Assembly: GCA_038496445.1 (NCBI GenBank)
Contig: JALMLS010000033.1
Span: 24,676-88,675 of the forward strand
Direction of reading: 5' to 3'
DNA: 64,000 bases
Origin: Trichosphaerium sp. ATCC 40318
Lineage: Eukaryota; Protista; Tubulinea
The notes below the pieces were generated by a model, which saw only the letters and a program-made list of their open reading frames with translations, was not told the origin of the DNA and searched no databases. Positions 13,929-27,008 of the stretch are shown piece after piece; position 1 is the stretch's first letter; each line of letters begins with the position of its first letter. A program made the translations under genes and the position numbers.

Positions 13929-16900
13929 ATGAGCAAATCACTTCTAATCATAATACTGCTGGTTTTATACCTTTCAGGCGTTGATGCCAATAACAACGAA
14001 GAGCAGGTACAGTATCTTCATTTGGGTTAAACCCGATGATACTTATCTACAATAAAAGGAAAAACCACGGGTTGTATGGTGCACAACCTATGACTGCGTT
14101 GAGGTAACACCCTCGGAAACCAAAAGAAACATTGAACAGATCCAGATTGTACGTATTTTGATTGTTTAAATCAAGGTTACCTTGCATTTACCTCTGATAT
14201 CGTCATCAACTTTTTTGTAATTTCTTTCTGTCTAGGTTACAACTTCAAGTGTCTCGTGGGAGATAGATTACCTTGATGTCGGTACAGGATTCAACGACCC
14301 GACAGATGGCGCTACAAGACGTCAGGTCCTTGAATCGGTATTGTTGGATGTTGGTAACACGTTTGCCTTACCAACAGGAGTTCCATCAGGTACTTTTTTG
14401 GTTTGAAAAGTAGTAGAGCCATTACCCTTTTGTTGTAAAACTGTCGTTTCGTTAACATTTGATTTTATAGTGCAGATCCACATTGAAGTACAACAGTCAT
14501 TAAACACGGTAGCACCTCTACTTGCAAAAGCGGGACCGTTGTTTACTCTGGCTGCTGGATTTCAAACACCTTATCCAATACAAGCTTATTTGACTGGAAC
14601 AAACCCTACTTTTGGTACTTACCCTCACATCCGTGTTCAAGTTAACTTTGGAGGACAACGTGCGTTTCTGCTTTTTTACCAATTTTTTGTCAACAGAGCT
14701 ACAACTTATGACTCACACATTTTTTCTTGTAGCTTACCATTACGGTGCTGGTACTCCTCCTATCAACCAAGTTGATTTCTACTCTGTCATGCTTCATGAA
14801 CTTACGCATGGTCTTGGATTTGTAAGTAACATTGGTCCTCTCGGAGGAGGTATTAGGCCTAACTCTGTGGTATGTTCTTTTCAAGCAACGAGTTTTTTCT
14901 TTACTAACTTTTGTTTTAGCTTTATCGAACTTCCTTTGATAGACACCTCAAAGTCGCTTCTACAAACACTCCACTATTAGATGCCACTGGAGCATTCATG
15001 GTAGCATCCGGAGCTCCAACGTACATAAAACTCTTACCTACAAAGTCAGCTCAACACTAATTTCAACGTTCTAGTGGAGGTTTGGGTCAAATTGTGTTCG
15101 ATTCTGTGGATACTACTGATTGCCCAAGAGTCGGAGAGACACTTCCTGTCATCTTTACACCATCCATTTATGTGTTTGGTACAAGCATCGCACATTTAGA
15201 TACATTAGTTCATCCTGATGCTGTTATGCGTCCTAGTATAGCATCACAACAACTCAGACGATCATGGACTGTTGAAGAAATATCTATCTTGTACAGTACG
15301 TTTTGTGTGATTTCTGTTGTAATCTTTCTTACGCTCTGTGTGTAGCTTTGGGATGGAGATTCAGTACCAATCAAACATGTAGTCAACTGTTCGGTAGTTT
15401 AACACCAACAACTCAAGCACCAACAGGTCCACCAACGACTCTATCACCAACACCGCCATATGAGCCAGTACAACAATGCTTAAGTATGTTTGGACTATTT
15501 CCTACAGGTACGAACTTTGTCAAGTTTTGTTACTGGTTTTGGCACGTGCCAAAAGATTTGGCGTTTTATAGTCTACTTCGCTCTCTTATTTCTTTCTAGG
15601 TGTCGATGATGCGTTTAATGCCATTACTGCAACGCAAATCGGTTTCTATGGTCCTCCAACCTCTCCTCCTGAAACACATTGGCAAGTATGTGGGAGTAAT
15701 CAAACAAATTTTGGCAATTGTTGGGGAGATCCAACATCTAATACACCGAACCCTTGTTGCTTGGCATACACTGCTGTTCCACAACAGAACTGGGCTCAAC
15801 AAACAAATGTGAACTTCTTAATGCCACCTGTACGTATTCCAAGTGCCAATCTACAATCAATTCTAAAAAAGGAAAGGGAGCTTGGATCAGAGCATACGGT
15901 CGCCCTGTAGAGGCAACAATTGAGTATGCCACTGACTTTGAAATTCCCGAAGGTACATATCTTGTAAAACGGTTTTTACATGTGTTAAACAATCGTACTT
16001 AGAATGTGTGAATCCAGTATTAAAAGGACGCTGTTGGGTTGATAATTTCATGAACGACACTCGTATTAATGGACAACGTTTTAATATGCCTTGTGTTGCT
16101 TTCAGCGAGACAGATATTGCGAATATACCAGTATTTCAGCTTACAAGAGCCAATGGACTTGTTACGGGACCTAACCACCTTCGTGTTATTACAGAAAACG
16201 CTGGCAGTGTATACGGACTTCAAGTAGTTTGGGAAGGATGCTCATGCGCTCCTGTGCCACCTACATTTGCACCAACAGTTCCTACACCACCCACAACAAC
16301 ACCTCCTACAACAATGGCACCAACACCTGAACCTTGTTTTGTACCAACTCTCGGTACTGGAATATCTACTGATTGCGATGTAAATGTTGCCCTCAGTGAT
16401 GCCAGCTTTATTGCAACACAACAATGTAACCAGTACGTCTTATTTGTTCACTTTAGATGTTACAAAGCTTACTTATTTGTTTAGGACATGTAGTGGTATG
16501 GGACTTCCTGTTCATGAGGTTGGCGAATGTCAGGTTATTAATGAAGCAGTATTGCGTCTTCCATGTTGTCCAGGAAACTCGTTCTTTGAAGTGACAGTCA
16601 AATGTGCTTGTTGTTGTGATTGTAGTACGTTGCTCATTGCTTATTAGTGTCTAATTGTTAACCACTCATGTAGCTGGCGTGGTACCAACAGCTTCACCTA
16701 CAACTCTACCACCCACGGAACCTCCAACAACAGCTTCTCCTACCACAGCTGCTCCAACAAACGCACCTACACTTGTACCTACAATATCACCAACAGCTCC
16801 ACCAACTGCACCTCACGTACTTGATAGTGTATTCATATGTTTTCGCTTACATGTTTTAATAGAGCGGTGGATGTTGCTACTATGATCCAACAACTGACGA

Positions 16901-17228
16901 TTGTGTTGACAATGGCTGTGTTGCAAATAGTGATCGAGTGGGTTCAGATTTGGAATGCAGGAGATATGACTACTTTCCTCTGATAATTGGAGGTAAACAA
17001 ACAACTCTAGTAGTATTGAAACCTGTTCTAATCCTTTTAATAGCGGCAAGAGTAACAGAATGCTCATGTACTTCTCCTGACCTTGATGGTCTTTGTACTG
17101 TACAACCTAGCCTCAGAGGGAATGTTTGCATTGACAATGGATGTACGGATAGATTACAGACTGTAGGACCAAATAATTACCTTGGATGTACCTTGTTTGG
17201 CAATGAATGTCAATGTTCAGTCTGCTAG
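13929..17228 (+). CDS. Secreted zinc-metalloprotease-like protein (copy B)
   Basis: Same exon series as copy A: signal peptide, HELTHGLGF at about 14795, GTSIAHLD, VMRPS, LKGRCWVDN...GPNHLRV domain, PTT repeats and Cys-rich tail. Confidence 0.8.
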
Positions 17229-17574
17229 TTGAAAACAAGAGTGACATTATTATAATTTAACCCTCCTGTACCTTAATAAAGAAGAATTGGCTATTCGTGT
17301 TTGAAACATTTTGAATTGCAGAAATAGAACTGTTTGTCAAAAGTAGCAGTCTTGAATCATTTATCGTCAAGAATTCTTGAACCTAGCAGCATTACTTTAT
17401 AACATAACTAGCCTTATTGAGTATCACAATCATTGTTTTAATATGCTTACTTCTTGGTAGGACTACATGATCACTTTGGTGTCAGGACTACTTCCAAGAA
17501 AAAAATCTGTGTAATTAAAAGAATTCTGTGAATAACTGACACAATATTTATAATTAATCCTCGTCATAATCACT

Positions 17575-18466
17575 ATGAGCACCAACAAGAAGAAATTAAG
17601 CCCTGCAGATATTTCAAAGCAGCTGGATAACGAAATGCTGCCTTTGGAAATAATAATAGAAATACTGTCTCATTCTCCTCCCAGACACATTTTTAGCACG
17701 TATCTGAGTCTTTCAAAGCGTATAAATGAACTATTACGCGGATCAAAACATATTTGGTTCAATGCTTTCAAAAACGAATGCAAGGCGTACAACCACTGGA
17801 TATGGGAGTATTTGAACTATCACCAAAGCTTCGGAGACGAAACCGCTAACATTTGCATCCTACCAACTGGTACTCCGTAAATATCACTCTAAACGCCACT
17901 AACACATACTGATAGGCGAGTACAGCACCACTAAAACAAAAGAAGAGGCAATACAAAAAGTTAAAGACTTTGTTCCTAAAATAGAGTCCGGAGACTCAAA
18001 ATACTGGTATTCTAAGTACAGAGTTTGGCTTGTCGGACAGCGACTTGAACAATTATTAAAAGGAGTTCGTTTTGTAAATTATACAGCAAACAATGATGCC
18101 TTCTTTAAGGCATTCTACCTTCAGTTAACACCAGAAGATGACTCTGAACAGCCTGTTTTCCAAGTATTTGACAGATTATTTAAGGACATGCCAAAAGAGC
18201 ACAATGAACATTCAGGATTGATTGACTTGCTTGCACGGTCTAAGATTAGAACAGAGGAGTATGTTAATGAAGGTGAAGAGGAGTGGAAGGCAAATTTTGA
18301 TAAACTTGAGGCAGGTTATTTAGAAATAGCCGATGCCAAGTATAGGTTGTTTAATTACGCATCACACAGTCTTGGAGAATGGCAGAACAATGTGGTTTTG
18401 ATATATGCTATTTGTATTGATTGTGATTGCGTTGTTGGTGTTGGTTGCGTTGTGGACAACATGTGA
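17575..18466 (+). CDS. F-box-like protein, two exons
   Basis: MLPLEIIIEILSHSPPRHIFSTYLSLSKRINELL..W is F-box-like. A GT-AG intron at about 17870-17915 joins the two ORFs in frame. Confidence 0.7.
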
Positions 18467-18760
18467 ATCCAGCAACGAAACAACAAACGCCAAACAAAAA
18501 AAATATTACACCACACCATATCTTTCTCAAGTTTTTTTGTACTCTGTAGAAAATAAACAAAAAATCGTCTGGGGCTACACTGTTTGTTGTTACGTTGTAC
18601 AAACTGAAAAATGGCCAATATTGTTACGCTGTAATTTTTATTTTTTTATTGTAAAGTACAAAACTATCTCAATTCAACAAAGACGTTTAAAAAAAAACAT
18701 GAAAGTCAAGGTGTTATGCCAAGAGTTTTAGCACATGATGTGCAATAATCAAGACCATCA

Positions 18761-21700
18761 TTACCTGTACCATCTATTTCTAGAAAGCACATACTACATA
18801 TCTTTTCTGTCATATCTCTAAACAAACAAATAAGAAAAAACACGGAAAACAAAAATTAAAAGGCATCTACTTCAGCGGCTTTCACAGATAAAACCCACGT
18901 GGTGCTTCACAAAATGTAACAAACTTACGATGGGTATGATTCTCTTGGATCCACGGATCTAGATTTTCGTAGAAAGCTAAAGAAAGTACTAGCTCTAACC
19001 ATGCCCTCTGACTTTTTCAGATTTGAAGGAATAGAAGGTAACGCTTGTGACATTACACTGGCACTTCTTTTCTTAATTCCACCACTATCAAGCTCATCTA
19101 ATGCTACTGATCCTGCATCTGCGGAAGGTATTCTTGGCGGTTGACTATAGTCACCTCTAAGAGCAGCAAGCTTCGAATCTTTTCGAGCACGCTCATAAAG
19201 AGCAGCATTTTCCCTGCGTCGTTTCCTTCGTGTTTTGATACAACACGCTATTATACAAGCAGCCATAATAAGTACAACTACTGCGACAGCAACAGCAATT
19301 AACCACACTAACATAAACCCTAGAGCATGTAAGATTATAACCTACAAATCTGCTGTTTTTGGAGTAATAATACCGTTTGGTCCATTGTTCGGCGCTTGCT
19401 GTGTTTCTCTATCTCTTTCTCCTTCTTGCGCAAAAGGATCGTTACCAGGAACCGTGCATGCAGTCCAGTCATAGCCAGTTGCATTATTGACAATAAAGAC
19501 TTGTTGAGGATCAACGAATTGTACATTACACAACTCAACAGCAGCTTGAATAGCTGACTTCTCTATGATAAAAGTTAAGCAAGAATCAAAGTGAACATCA
19601 AAGAAAGGACCAACTCGTACCACCAAATCGCAAATCTATAGTCACGATTACATCTATATCATTTTGTTGTATATCACGTTTAGTACGAGTTGAAGATTGG
19701 ACCGCTTCTAATCGACTAGGAGTTATTTCTAGTACTTTAGCAATAACATTTTTCATAGAATCAAATCCATCGTTGATTGTGTTTGGTGTTTCTCTAAAAG
19801 AGAGCGACACTAAACTTTCTGTTCAAATCACAGTTAGCTTTAAGTCTTTAGATCTTTTGTTCATTTTATCGTACCTCTAGGACAAGGTAGAGAATTTCGG
19901 TACACGTTAACTTTGTTTCCACTGACCCTCCAATTAGGAGTGTTGATGCCACTTGGGTATTGGTGATAAAAAAAGAAACCATGCCTTCCAGGAGAAAAGA
20001 GCTCTGGAGCTCTTTCTACTGTAAACTGCACGTTGTTATCTGGACCATATAGCACGCGACATGGTATTGATTGGTTTGATCTATAACCAAAGTACATGCG
20101 AAACTCGTCGCCTATCTTTTCTGTACATTCGACAAAAGGAACAATAGAACGAGGCTAAACAGAAATCTTTAGAACTAAGCAATACTATAAAACGTATATT
20201 GGAGACTTACTGGACATGTACCGATCTGACCAGTGAAGGCAGTTGGTTGTACGGTGACTTGAGTAGGTGTACTGGTTACTACTGGTGAAGTAGGTACGTT
20301 TGTTTGGTTAGTGCTTACAGGTTGCATTGTAGGTAGGGTGGGAGGTGAAGGTTGTGCTGGAGTGTTGGTTGTAGGTGTTTGTAGAGGGGTGGTAGGTGAT
20401 TCTGGTGCACTTGGAATTGTAGGAGTGGTAGGCATTGTAGTACTAGCTGGTGATCTAGTTGGTGAAGCAGGATCTACTGGTTCTATTGGTGCTGTTGGTT
20501 CTACTGGAGCGACTGGTTCTATTGGCGCTACTGGTTCTTGGGTTGGTGCAAGTGACGTTGGTGCTGCCATCATTGATGTTGGCATGGTTGTAGGATTTAT
20601 AGTGGGAGTAGTTGGCACAGCTGTTGGCATAGCTACTGGCATAGTAGTTGGCATAGTAGTTGGCATAGTTGTTGGAGTAGTTGGCATAGCTGTTGGCATA
20701 GCTACTGGCATAGTCGTTGGCATAGCTGTTGGGATAGTTGTTGGCATCATTGTTGGCATAGTTGTTGGCATAGCTGTTGGCATAGTAGTTGGAATTGAAG
20801 ATGGCATCGTAGGCGTTGGTAATGGTATCATCGCATTCTATAAACATGTTAATATGTAATAAGTATACAACCAACAACATACAACAACGTTACTAAATTT
20901 GCCATCGCCTTGTGTGTTTCTTCCAATTACACGAAATGTGTACGTGTTATTAGGTACAACAGCCATATCTGTATAATCAAGCATTGTAGTTGTACTTACA
21001 AGCTTCCAATCATTGGCAGAAAGCTTACGCTGAACCCTTGAAAACAAAAGAAGTCAGACATAAACGAATGAGAAATGTGCTTACCTGTAGTCTATTATTT
21101 CAGCGCCGTTAGGATTAGGTTTATGCCATTTCATGCTTACAGCATTGCTACTTATAGTTACAATAGATAAAATTGGTATTCCTGGAGGCGCGCGGAACGA
21201 ATTATATACTAGAGTTGCGCTTGGGCGTAATGGGCAAGCAAAATCATTTAAAGTTGATGAACCATAGTTTGCCTTTTTGTAATAACATTAAGTAATGATG
21301 GAGATTGTTTGGTACGTACATCTATTGATGCCTTGACAACTTCAGGACGCGTTTTCATGACATTGTCCAAAGATATTAGACATTGAGATAAAGCGGTACC
21401 GTCTCCGCAACCTTTAAAAAATGAAATTAGAAAAGAGTTTCTCTTGGTTCATCCGTACCACCACGTGACTCATGACATTCATCAATACTAAATTCAGTTA
21501 TTATACCATTAAGAATTTGCCTTTGTGCAGTATAAGATAGTGCTGTGTCAGCCAAAAGGCGCTATAAAATTTGTAAACTTCAATAACAATTCTTAATAGT
21601 AACAATACCAATCGTTTTTTAAACTCAGCGGAGTAACCGTTTACGACTGCTGATTTTATAATAGAGTTTGAGGATAGTAAATATGAAGGCTCAGAAGTGC

Positions 21701-24700
21701 CCTATGCGGATATACTTAGAACATAAGATAGTGTTGCTAGAACTTGTGCGTACATTACGTCCAAGATATAAATAATCTCCATTTATGCTCAATCTCGTCC
21801 ATTTTCCGTTAAGAGGTTTGTAAAACAGTTGGTTATAAAATGCATCGTCCCATACACCAACAATATTAGCCGCTGCCATTTCGCCTGTAAAAAGTAGGTT
21901 AGCACGTGGGTAACACAGTATTAAATAAAGCCATACTTAACACCAAATTAGCATCAATATTCTCATCGATAAAAGCTTGTGTGTCAGCGTTATTTATAGT
22001 ATCTACGAGCAAACCATCAAGTCCTAACAAAAAGGTTGTTTAATAAACAGTACTCACATAGCCGACGTACCATCAACAAGATTCTTAAACATGCTATGAC
22101 TTTGCGAAGGGTCTGTTAAGCGCTCCTTATAAGTCTCAAGTAGTGATTAGTACCATACACGAAAAGAGGTAAACGCACTTGTCTCTCGTAAGTATAAGAG
22201 TATCGCTGCATCAGAGAGAAATCTGATGGACAAGTTGTGCTACTTAATACCCTACAAAACAACTTAATTGATTAAGCTTATTTTTTTTTCCAAAAAATTA
22301 CTCACGATGTATCTCCAGGTCCGTATGGACCTTCATGTCCATCAAGACCTTTTGAATGAAATAAATGACCTGCTCTCTCTTCTGAGAGATGCCTACAGTT
22401 CTTGTTCCTTCTTGGAAGGGATTTTTTTATCAAATCCCGATCACTTGTTACTTTCATGGCATATCGGAAGTACCTTCCATTAACTATAAGTTATTAATAT
22501 CAGTTTTATTATTGCTTGAGGATAATATTGTTGTACCATTTGTGCGTACGAAAGATACGTCTGGAGCACTTATACCGAGTAACTGAAGTGTTCTATAATA
22601 CATTGGTGTAGTGAACATTGTGCAATCTGGGCTCATCTTGTGCAAAACAATGACACTCTCATCATCAATGAGACTCCAATTGGGTACTTCCAAGTGAAAG
22701 GAAAGACCCAAATTTGGGTCCTCTATTGGACCCGGTGGATCAGTATCTAAATTGGACCACGAAGCCTATAAGAATAGCAATTAACATTAAGTATCCTTTT
22801 TTGTTTCTGTTTACCTGTTTTCTCTCGTGCCATGCCATCTAGCTCTTGCACTTGATACTTTGCCTGTTGGACCATGTACTAGAATAGCTGGGACCATACT
22901 ATTCCATTCTTGTTGTACAATACAATCAAAAACGCGACGATGCTCAACAGCAAAAAAAACGTTTGTGTACATTACTTCCCAATTTTCTGCTGATAAGAAT
23001 ATATGGAACGTGGGTGTTGTGCTTGTTTGTGTAGGTGTGATAAAGTAAGCATGATGCCGAAATGGATCTGATTTTCTTGGTGACTCTACAGTACTACAAA
23101 GACAGATATTAATGACTTTGAAAAAGATTGTTTAAAAAACAAGTGAAAGGTTTTACCTTCCGTCGAGCAATGTCATTACTATCTTGTATTTTACGACTGT
23201 ATTCTCTGTATAGGATTCTGTTATTACTCCTCTATACTGATTGAGTACAGCTGTCTATAAATAGGTGAGTATAGTTAAAAAAGATTTCTAAGTACCTTTG
23301 TTAAGATTATTTGAGCTGTTTCATCCGATGTCTGTAGTTCCTCGTTATGAGCAAAGTAGGATAAAGCAACTTGAATAACAGATGATGTATCTGGTCCGAC
23401 TTCAACGAAAACTTGAAGCTAATACGTATAAGACTTAATTGCGTGAGTAATAAAGTCATACAGGAGTTGAAGGTCTGATGGCACTCTTTGGCATATTGAA
23501 AGAAATCTTAGTGACGATTGGCTTTAATATTTGAGTATTGTCAATAACGTTTGCGGCAGCAGGTGTTGGTAGTCCTGCCTCCCAATTATAGGCATATTTA
23601 CCTGGTAGATTCCAAGATTTTCTCTGTAAAGAAAACCCTTTGTATTTGAAAGTTTGCATGTTGGTGTATGGAGATTCTCCTGCAACATGAAATACTTCTC
23701 TTGAGTCACCAAGTGCATCTATTAACCATAAGTAGAGCTATCATTATACTGTTATATTATAATATTACCTGGTGATACTGGCCATGGGAATGTGTTATTG
23801 TACTTAACGTAGTCTACAGCAAAACCATTCTCGTTTATTAAAGCAACCTTTTATCATTTAGTTGAGAATCAATAGCTAGTCCTTACCTTTTCGCCATCAT
23901 TAGATAGCTCTCCTGTATATGGTCCCAAGGAAGATTCCGGCAACATGTATAGATTATTTACTGCGATCACGTCACGTGCAATAACTGAACATGAGTTAAA
24001 CTACTTGCAATTTCAAGGTACGCATACCCAGAAATGACTTCGCATTAATTATGGTTCCGGAAGGAAATCTGTAGTCTAATGTGTCTTGTGATACGAGACG
24101 CCAATGAGATATATCTACAGAAGTGTCTTCATTATTGTATATTTCAACAAACTCATGTCGGTCATGAATTGTGTCCTTTTGTGCGAAGTTAGATGAAAAT
24201 AACCAAGAACTAGTTCGTACCTCCAAAACTGGATGATACATCAACTCAGATATTACAATATCTCTTTTGTCAAATCCGTCTATGGAACATGATTTGAATA
24301 AAGGAGGTCCACCAGGAGTGCCACTCCATTCGGAATGCCTATCACTGTCCACTACATAGATTGTTATTTAAGGTAACAACAGTTTTAATAAGATTTACAA
24401 CTACGCACTTGGTACAGGCGATGGAGCCCAGTAAGACGGTTGTGTATAGTCTGTGGTATTATAGCATATCATTTCTAGCGATGAACCAAAACCACCGGCA
24501 AGTGGGTCCCAAGGAAAGTCGTCACCAATAGTCATTTCGAATCTAATTTGTTATTATTATTCTAGGTCTTTGTTCTACAGCAACATCACATACTCTGTTT
24601 CTCCGGCAGCTGAAACAATTCTTATAATTTGCTCAGTATCCAAAAGGTCTTTTCCATAACTTAGAGGTGATATTTTCGTATCAGGAATATTGTAAACGCT

Positions 24701-25493
24701 GAAGGAAAATCAACAAAAAATATAAACAAGTAGTAGAGAAAATGTAGCAGTTTTGACAGTGTTTTACCACCACTACCAATAATTATGCCAGCGAAATTTC
24801 TTTCATTTGGTTCAAGATTTTGCATCTCAGCCAGGCGAATAGGAACTCAATTACGGTACCATAGGAGGAAAAAAAACATTTCAAAAATTACTACAAATGG
24901 ATTTCTCTTTTGGGAATATTGAAATACAAATGAGGTTAAATTTCCTTTTGAGTTTTCTTGCGCTTGTACCGCTAGCCTCACTTACGATTGAAGAGCTTCT
25001 TTGTTCCTTGCAACGACATAGTATGCTCTTGGTGCAATATTCGAATTTAATGGAAAAATATAATCACTGCCACCTTGACCTATGCCTAGAAGAGCGTTTA
25101 GAACCAGTAACTAGCTTTTAGACAAGAATTTATCCGCAGTGTTGAACCCTAAAAGGTTTTTTGTTCTAAGCGGTTGCATACCTTCAATTTTGAAACCTGT
25201 GAGCGATATTTCTTGGTCTCCAGTGTTGTAGAGCTCTAAAAATTCATATTCTTCGTCGGAAATACGAGCATTGTACATAATTTCCGATACGATAATCTAT
25301 ACGGCTGCATTAGGGCAAAGCAACCGTTGTACCGAAATGTCGTTGTCGGTTTTGTGAGCTGTACTATTTCGTACCTTGGAGTCAGTAATAACGCAAATAA
25401 ACGCTATGAAGGCGAATAACAGCGTAATTGATGAAGCTAGAAGTAAAAAAGTTTAAAACGTGTCATAATAGCGTTATTCGTACGTGAGTGCAT
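18761..25493 (-). CDS. Type I membrane protein: signal peptide, two lamin-tail domains, CotH-kinase-like region, FN3, Met/Pro/Thr mucin stalk, TM helix, cytoplasmic tail
   Basis: Signal MHSPSSITLLFAFIAFICVI. LTD motifs IIVSEIMYN..EYEFLELYNTG and IVISELMYHP..EFVEIYNN. CotH-like MAAANIVGVWDDAFYNQLFYKPLNGKW. FN3 YTFRVIGRNTQGDG. TM LVWLIAVAVAVVVLIMAACIIACC followed by KTRRKRRR. The 3' end is either 18925 or a short spliced exon ending at 18761. Confidence 0.75.
20200..20820 (-). repeat. Coding tandem repeats PT(T/A)M and PV(A/E)PIE forming a mucin-like stalk
   Basis: 12-bp periodic repeat of type ATGCCAACTACT/ATGCCAACAGCT in ORF 20175..20831. Confidence 0.9.
24743..24841 (-). ncRNA. Intronic U1-snRNA-like / Sm-site structured RNA candidate or U1 remnant
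   Basis: Minus strand reads CCAAATGAAAGAAATTTCGCTGGCATAATTATTGGTAGTGG, against recalled human U1 CCAAATGTGGGAAACTCGACTGCATAATTTGTGGTAGTGG. A 3' hairpin TTGGTAGTG/CACTGTCAA follows. Lies in the 287-nt intron 24699-24985. Confidence 0.35.
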
Positions 25494-25605
25494 TGTTTAG
25501 TAGTACATGTGCTTGTGTGATGAGGGTGAGTTGTTCTTTAGTTACTTTATTTAAATTCTCGCTTAAACCGTTACAGCACATAATTACAGGCGCAACGGGT
25601 ATAGA

Positions 25606-26940
25606 ATGACCGACGCTCCGCAGCTTATCTTTAGTGATAAGGCTGCCTTTGATAAAAAGCGTAAAAAGATGCGGGAAGATGGTCCCTTGAAGCTACAAGG
25701 TAAAGAAAGGGCTACAAAGTCCAGTGAATGTAATAATTAGTTAACGGCTATCAGTTGTGGCTGATTTCGATCGAACACTAACTACAGCTACGTCGTATTC
25801 AACATATGGCATTGTAGAGAAATGTGGCTTTTTGAGCGAAAAATACCATGAAACAGTGCGCGGACTATACGCCCACTACTATCCGATAGAGATAGACCAT
25901 ACTATTTCAAAGGTTCGTCGCCATGTATCTGTGTTCAGCATGTGACCCGTAAAAAGGAGGAAAAGACCATCAAAATGGTTGAATGGTGGACGAAAGTACG
26001 TCTATACGCCTTAGAATTACATTTAAGATCTACAACTCCGAAAAATTAACAATGTGAAGGCAAACAAAGCGCTTGCTGATGAAAACGTTAATATCAGCCT
26101 CTTCCCTAAGATGGTGGAGGTTGCTACCGTTGCGTTTCGCGATCGTACGTGTACTTTTTTGATTTGAAATTATTATTTTATTTACACCCACGTGAAGATA
26201 CACGTGATATGTTCAAAGAGTGTGAGGCAAATAACGTCCCTCTGTTGGTGTTTTCTGCTGGATTGACACCTGTCATTGAGAGTGTATTCATGTAAGTCCG
26301 AAAACCTGGTCCAACCCGGTTTTGTTTGTATTTTTTGTGACACTGCATTTGTATCTATTTTTGGTTTTTGACTTAACGTAGGCACCTTGAAAAGAAGATA
26401 TACAAGAATATGCATATCGTATCGAATAATCTAGGTGTCACCGACACTGGAAAAATAACTGGCCTTAGTGGTAACCTTTATTAATTGTTTTTAACCAAAG
26501 GTTTGTTAGCTAATGCCTGCTACTTTAAGGTACTCTAATTCACGTGTTGAATAAGAACGAATTCACACTACCAACCGATACACCTTGGTATGGTCAAATA
26601 AAGAACAGAGACAACGTAATTCTCATGGGTACGCAGTCATAAAACCTTGAAAAAAGAGATTATTAAACAACTTCAAGGTGATCACACTGGTGATGCCTCT
26701 ATGGCTGATAAACTGCCTCATGGCGAGATTATTAGAATTGGTTTCCTAAACTCAAAGGTAACGAGAAATTCTCATTCAAAGACACTGTACGGGCAATTGT
26801 TTTTTGATTTCTATTTTTAGGTTGAGGAAAATATTGAAAATTATAAGAAACTATTCGATGTTGTAGTCACTAATGATGGAACAATGGAGTTTGCTTTGAA
26901 GCTCATAAAAGAGATTTTACATAATAAAGATTTCTTGTAG
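25606..26940 (+). CDS. NT5C3: Cytosolic 5'-nucleotidase III (pyrimidine / m7GMP 5'-nucleotidase, HAD family)
   Basis: VADFDRTLT, YYPIEID, MVEWWTK, LVFSAG, HVLNKN, NVILMGD, IGFLN and FDVVVTNDGTM. Confidence 0.92.
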
Positions 26941-27008
26941 AAAGAATTCACAACAAAGTTCGGGAGTACCTCTGAAGGGATGGCTTTTTTATTGTTTTTT
27001 TTTTTTGT

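Larger units (their letters stand above)
8644..17231. repeat. Large inverted duplication, arms about 8644-12083 and 13882-17231, spacer about 1.8 kb
   Basis: Long stretches of exon and intron sequence are near-identical reverse complements. Confidence 0.95.

Noticed and set aside
20311-20880. Long alternative-frame ORFs (20311..20859 +, 20455..20880 -, also 9506..9787 +)
   Set aside because: These are shadows of Pro/Thr codon repeats in the real genes.
24805-24850. snR30/U17-like m1 and m2 motifs (TTCCTA, AACCA)
   Set aside because: Imperfect matches at the wrong distance from the ACA.
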